Positions 58,637 through 64,000 of a DNA stretch of 64,000 nt are shown here, piece by piece. Source of the stretch: Podarcis muralis (lineage: Eukaryota); contig NC_135655.1 of NCBI RefSeq assembly GCF_964188315.1, positions 53,878,001 to 53,942,000 of the forward strand, written 5' to 3'. The number at the start of each line of letters is the position of its first letter. The stretch's first letter is position 1. The position numbers were made by a program, and so were the translations under genes. Under the pieces are notes generated by a model. It saw only the letters and a program-made list of their open reading frames with translations, did not search any database and was not told the DNA's origin.

Positions 58637-58882
58637 GAGAGCCAGTGTGGTGTAGTGGTTATGAGTGGTAGTCACGTAATCTGGGGAACCGGGTTTGCGT
58701 CTCCCCTCCTCCACATGCAGCTGCTGGGTGACCTTGGGCCAGTCACACTTCTTTGAAGTCTCTCAGCCCCACTCACCTCACAGGGTGTTTGTTGTGGGGG
58801 AGGAAGGGAAAGGAGAATGTTAGCCGCTTTGAGACTCCTGAAGGGGAGTGAAAGGCGGGATATCAAATCCAAACTCTTCTTC
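58637..58882 (+). mobile_element. tRNA-derived SINE (Squam3-like)
   Basis: GAGCCAGTGTGGTGTAGTGGTT A box, degenerate B box, GGGTGACCTTGGG core, L2-like 3' end and (CTT)n tail. Confidence 0.85.
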
Positions 58883-59424
58883 AGTATTGTTGACACTAGG
58901 GGTAGAGAGCATTAGGTCTAGGAGCCACATGCCGCCCCTCTGGCCTCTCTATGTACCCTCAGACCTCTCCCCAGGCCACATTCATCGTTGGCCCCGTACT
59001 GCACCCACTTCAAATGCTTTTACCAGGCTGGAATGTTTCATTGGACTCTGATAATACTTCTTGGTTGGATGGAGGATGGAGGGGTGTGTGTGTGTACAGA
59101 AACCTTTGGCTTTTGTGTGTCTAGAACATAGCCTACTGTACAATCATCCGTTGCTCCACCCACCTGTCTCTGGCACCACCCACCACTTGCATGTTATTCC
59201 AGGGAGGTTCCCCATCAAGAAATGCATCCCTTAGGCTGAAAATGGTTTCCTATCCTTGGTCTACACCATCAGTAACTCTTTTGGGGTTTCAGATGGTGGA
59301 GGAGCCTATCTCAGTGTTTCCAGGAGACACTGGTGATTGAACCTCAGCCTACAACAGTTTAAATTTGCATTAGGTTTCACTCATATCATTTCCAGGGATG
59401 AAAGTTCCTTCTCAATGGTCGTGC

Positions 59425-59773
59425 CAGGGCCGGATTTAGGTTTGATGAGGCCCTAAGCTACTGAAGGTAACGCGGCCCTTTATATGTCCAGCTGTCCTTT
59501 GTCAACAACAAATTGTCACTGTTTTTTGTGTTGAATATATGCTATATGGTAATTTATGGACCTAATAGGTATCTAAAGCCATTTGTACATAACAAATAGG
59601 AGCCTACACAACACAAAACACTGTTGCTGTATGTAGGTTTCATTTTATTTGCTTTTTATCTTAAATTTTGGAAATGTACATCTAGGTTTTTTCCCTTTAC
59701 ATTTTTGGGGGGCCCCCAAGAGAGTGGGGCCCTCAGCTATAGCTTGTTTAGCTTATACATAAATCCAGCACTG
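59425..59773 (+). mobile_element. Non-autonomous hAT element, copy 2
   Basis: Same family as 49464-49784; 8-bp TSD GGTCGTGC/GTTCGTGC. Confidence 0.85.
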
Positions 59774-60366
59774 GTTCGTGCTGCAGTATGCATCCCTAAA
59801 GCTGTTGTGGTAGTATGTCAGACCTTGCTGTAAGAAAATTCTGAAGCAGAGAAGCTTGATCTTTGATACTATTTTCTGATCTGAAAGGAAGGAGGTGAAG
59901 GCACATGGCAGCATGTTGTAGAAAATTGGGATTTCCTAATGAAAAAAGCATCAAAGGAAAATATCCATCACTGTTGACTAGGGTAATATAGGTAAGTCAT
60001 ATAACATTTAAAGAAACCTGCTGAATTGTGAGCAGTGACATTTCAGTCATAATAACAGACTTCCTTAAATTAATATATATATTAAGCTTGTTCTGTCTTG
60101 AGACTTAATAAAACCAGGGTACTGAGTGATTGCCCAATTGTAAACAGATTGGTTCACGTTTTAAACAATGTCAGGTTTAATTTAGCTGCTATATTAATTT
60201 GTGTGTTTTTTTAAGGAAAGAAAACAAAATAGGAATTGTTATGTAAGACGTTTTTTCAGCAATCTTGCAACTGCTGTATTGATGTTCACAAGCACTGCAC
60301 AGGTTCATAGACATATGAGATGTCAGGCAATTTGCACTGTGTTTGGTTTGCTTTCAGGTCTATAAA

Positions 60367-60707
60367 AAGGTAAAGGTACCCCTGCCCGTACGGGCCAGTC
60401 TTGACAGACTCTGGGGTTGTGCGCCCATCTCACTTAAGAGGCCAGGGGCCAGCGCTGTCTGGAGACACTTCCGGGTCACGTGGCCAGCGTGACAAAGCTG
60501 CATCTGGCGAGCCAGCGCAGCACACGGAAACGCCGTTTACCTTCCCGCCAGTAAGCGGTCCCTATTTATCTACTTGCACCTGGGGGTGCTAGGTTGGCAG
60601 GCGCTGGGACTGAGCAACAGGAGCGCACCCCGCCGCGGGGATTCGAACTGCCGACCTTTCGATCGGCAAGCCCTAGGCGCTGAGGCTTTTACCCACAGCG
60701 CCACCCA
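60367..60707 (-). mobile_element. Sauria SINE
   Basis: Reverse complement of the 21419-21787 type: AAGGTAAAGGTACCCC tail, GGATTCGAAC B box. Confidence 0.92.
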
Positions 60708-62486
60708 CTATTGTGTATTGTTGTGGGAAGTCTTGCATTGCTAGGCCTCCTTTAATCAACAGGCCCTCTTGGTTGCCCACATGCTAGCTCCACCCCCCAC
60801 CCTGTTATCCAGTTAATTTCAGCAAGTGACTTCACATGACATTGGCCATGGCAATAATCAGATGTGATATTTTACAGACAGCTGAGCATTCAGGTACATT
60901 TTGACTAGGCTGTTCAGTTTTGTGGTACCTTCCCCATCACAATATCTCTGCTGGTATCCTTTCATTTGATGGTCCCAGGTTTACTTTTCCCAACATCTGA
61001 AATGAAGGCACAAGGCAATAAGTATGGCTAAATGATGGCAACAATATTATCTATCTTCTTAGAGAACCTGCAGCATTTAAAGAGTAATTTAATCATAGCT
61101 ACCAGCAGACATATTTAAGAAGACTTTCCCTGAGCCATTATCTAGTCATTTATCAAATATTAACTGGACATCCGTAAAAATGTTTTTTTTGTATTTTATA
61201 TAAAATGTGTTCAATTGCTTTCGTTGCACACCACTATGATGGCTCAAGACTGTGAGGTGGTTTATAAATTTGTAAAATAAATAATAAAATCAGCCCTGAG
61301 GAGGAAAAATTTCCAAAATGAGCAACACCATCCTGACTCAAGCCTCCGACACCCATATTTTGCCTATCACCACCAATAAGACGGCTTACTCATTGCTAGG
61401 GGCCTACCCTACCGGACTGGCACAAGAGATATGTGTCACTGTTGTTGTTATTATTATTATCAATAATAATGTTTATACCAGCTGGTGAGATCTAGCCTGG
61501 CATATTCCATTGCTAGCCAAACTTCAAGTGATATGTTGCTTCTTGGTGCCAAATCTTTATTGAATTGTTCTGAATAGTAAGAATAATCAGAGAAGTGGGC
61601 AGATGAACCCCTCTCAACAAAGGTAGGTTGTAATCCAGTTCTGTATCTAAAAGAAAAGGAGTCTGAGGAAGGAAACTGCAGTTTGAGGTAGTTTGAAGCA
61701 GAGACTGAAAACTGAAGTTTTTGGACTCTAGATGCATCTTAGGAAGCTACCTGTCTTCCTAGAAATCTAATGGGGGATCAATGGATTTTGACCTATCTGT
61801 TGGAGTGCTTAAACTCCATCTATGCACAATCTGCACTCAGAGAATTGGGACGTGTGTAGCTATATCTATCTAACATCTATCTAGTTTAATTGGCCATTCC
61901 CCTGCAAGACCTCTCTTTTGGGGGCCTTTCCTGACACAGCCATGCACAAACCTTAACATCTAGCAGTTCTTCTCTTCACTTTTCAAATTTGCATCCACGC
62001 ACATCATCCAGGTCACAGCCTTTGCTAGTGGTGGATAAGGAAGCTGTTGAGGTTCCTCTCAGTTGGGGCATATTCTGTGTTTCTCCTTTAATTTTTTTCT
62101 AATGCTAGATACTTGTGTTTCCCATCCCTCTCTTCATTAGTTTCCTCCCCTTCAGGGTCCATGCCAAATTGGCAAAGTGCAGACTTCCTCTGAATGTGAT
62201 GCTATGGTTGTTCCCTGTCTACTGAACAGGGAGTTCTTATGCAAGGAAGTGCAGCTGGAATCCAACCCCCACTGTCCCCTCTAGGAGTGGAGAGTGGTCT
62301 CTCTCTGATACATTTGCATGCTGAAGAACCATGGAGTGCAATGAGAACACTGGCTCTTGCCAACAGAAAAGTCCTCTGTGTTCCAATAGTGTACCACAGC
62401 CAACCTCAATAGCCTGTATATAGCATTAGTGCTTGATTAACTGAAATTCCTCCCCGCTGCACATTTTCTGTAAAGCAGTTACTCAC

Positions 62487-62577
62487 CTCCTTTAGCTGAA
62501 AGGCTGTGTGACATACCACAGTGGCATGGTTTCACTGTTCCCGTTTGATTTACTTCAGCACTTAATTGAAATGAAAC
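62487..62577 (-). other. Candidate exon (91 nt), gene unknown
   Basis: Acceptor GTTTTCACTAG| and strong donor GAG|GTGAGT; only phase 0 is open (VSFQLSAEVNQTGTVKPCHCGMSHSLSAKG). Confidence 0.25.
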
Positions 62578-63862
62578 CTAGTGAAAACCCTGGGTTTTTT
62601 TTAAATAGTAAGTTTATTATTTCCCCTCCCTTTCCTTTAAAGAAACAAAAGCACAACTTTTACTGTTGCTTCTGAGGCAATTAAGATAATTAAGCCATTT
62701 GAGAACTAACAACCAAGTGACCATAGAACCTCTAATTTTTTTTAGGGGGAAATGCAATAAAATGGCACACTTGGTAATTGGAATTTTAACGTCCCTTCCC
62801 TGCATTTGGAGAATGAAAGAATGTGTTGCTATTAAATCTGCGCCTTTTAAAAGATGTTTTTCTAAGCAAAAGAGAAAATTAAGCAAATGGATTATAATTT
62901 GCCCCCAGATGGATTAGTCTTTTTAACATTTTCAAAGAGTTAGTGCCTTTCACTTGGAAATACCCAAGCATATGCACTGCACTCTTATATTTATCATTTG
63001 GAAACAAATCCCGTTGATTTCAGTGGGATTTGCGTAGGCCTTGCATTTGGGGTGCTAGCTGTATAAACTGATGAGACCCTTGCTGTTGATGAACAGATTC
63101 ATCGACATTGTTTCCATGTTTTTAGTGAAAGCTGTTTATTCCTCTCACATGTGAAAGATTCCATATTTCAAAAAGCCTACAGAAATGTGGGCATGACAAT
63201 TTTGCCATAAACACACACTAGAATTGGAGGGGGGGGATACCTGCACTTGAAGTGTAGCAGAAGTGTGCTGAGTTCTGAGGAGTTCTGGGGAAGGGAGGGG
63301 CTTTGAAATAAACAAATCCTGCCCTTTTCTCACCTTGCCCATCCTAGTGAGTAAATGAATGAAAATTGGTCATCCTTTTTGCTTCTCACTCTGTGTGTGT
63401 TTCGCTTAACGAAAGAGTGAAATAACTGTGATAATGAGGCATTAACTGAACCTGGCCATCTCTTTATCTGCCTCCTGTACCACCATTAGCTTGAAGGCTT
63501 CCATTCAGGAATTTGAACAGCAACTTTATTTGCATGTGTTGAACTTTACATGATGTGAAGTATTTCCTGAGATGAGGCCAGTATGAGGTTTGCGCCAGGG
63601 TCAGGCAAGATTCAAGATGGAGAATCTCATGTCATATTTAAGTTATGTCAATCTTATACTCGTGCCAAGATCTACAGAGATAAACCATATCATAAGTTCA
63701 GATTCAAACAGGCAATTAGGAATACACCTATCCACAATTGTTTAACTTTTATTATGACAGCCCTTTAAATTCCCTGGTCAAAGAACAGTCATAAAATTAC
63801 ATACCGCAAAGAAAAACACCTTAGTATTTGTACTAGAAACTTGTATCATTTTCAGAACTTAC

Positions 63863-63920
63863 CGTTAATGATTCTGGATAGCAATGGGTCCATGGTGAGG
63901 ATCCATACTCTTCACATAGT
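63863..63920 (-). CDS. Candidate coding exon (58 nt) of an unidentified host gene
   Basis: Acceptor TATTAGCAG| and consensus donor ACG|GTAAGT; only one frame is open (LCEEYGSSPWTHCYPESLT). Protein not recognised. Confidence 0.4.
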
Positions 63921-64000
63921 CTGCTAATAATAGTTGATGCGGGTAGAATCCCAATTGGATCATTGAGAGGAATCTAGTATGTTTTTAATATACATACAAA

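Noticed and set aside
63067-63110. CTGATGA followed by a hairpin, resembling a hammerhead
   Set aside because: No GAAA core or stems I/III in the right register; an isolated hairpin.

Overview
Eukaryotic, AT-rich, transposon-dense DNA from a squamate reptile, probably a lacertid lizard (inferred from Sauria SINEs, Bov-B, a Squam3-like SINE, and L2/CR1/L1 debris). There are no prokaryotic features, CRISPR arrays, rRNA or true tRNA genes. The centrepiece is a three-level nest at 25.3-33.3 kb. A minus-strand LTR remnant is split by a young, full-length Ty3/Gypsy chromovirus (25453-33244; 5-bp TSD GCAGC; gag, PR-RT-RH-IN-chromodomain). Its 5' LTR carries a 5'-truncated but uninterrupted Rex1/Babar LINE (25903-28152). 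The Gypsy has no tRNA PBS. Instead it has a perfect 11-nt LTR/PBS complementarity typical of Tf1/Sushi self-priming, which predicts the TSS at 25807. The Rex1 therefore sits sense-oriented between the LTR promoter and the PBS. The pol tail has two acidic [F/L]xGF motifs resembling LEDGF/TFIIS-domain-binding motifs and reads about 100 codons into the 3' LTR. Penelope-like remnants carry minimal hammerhead ribozyme motifs (33400-33439 with all helices formable; 35933-35970 with a weak stem I). One of these remnants has a 104-bp inverted duplication. The rest is SINEs, LINE fragments, Tigger/hAT MITEs and microsatellites. No host gene was identified with confidence; a few candidate minus-strand exons lie at 54.9-63.9 kb. 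All calls were made by eye, without database searches.
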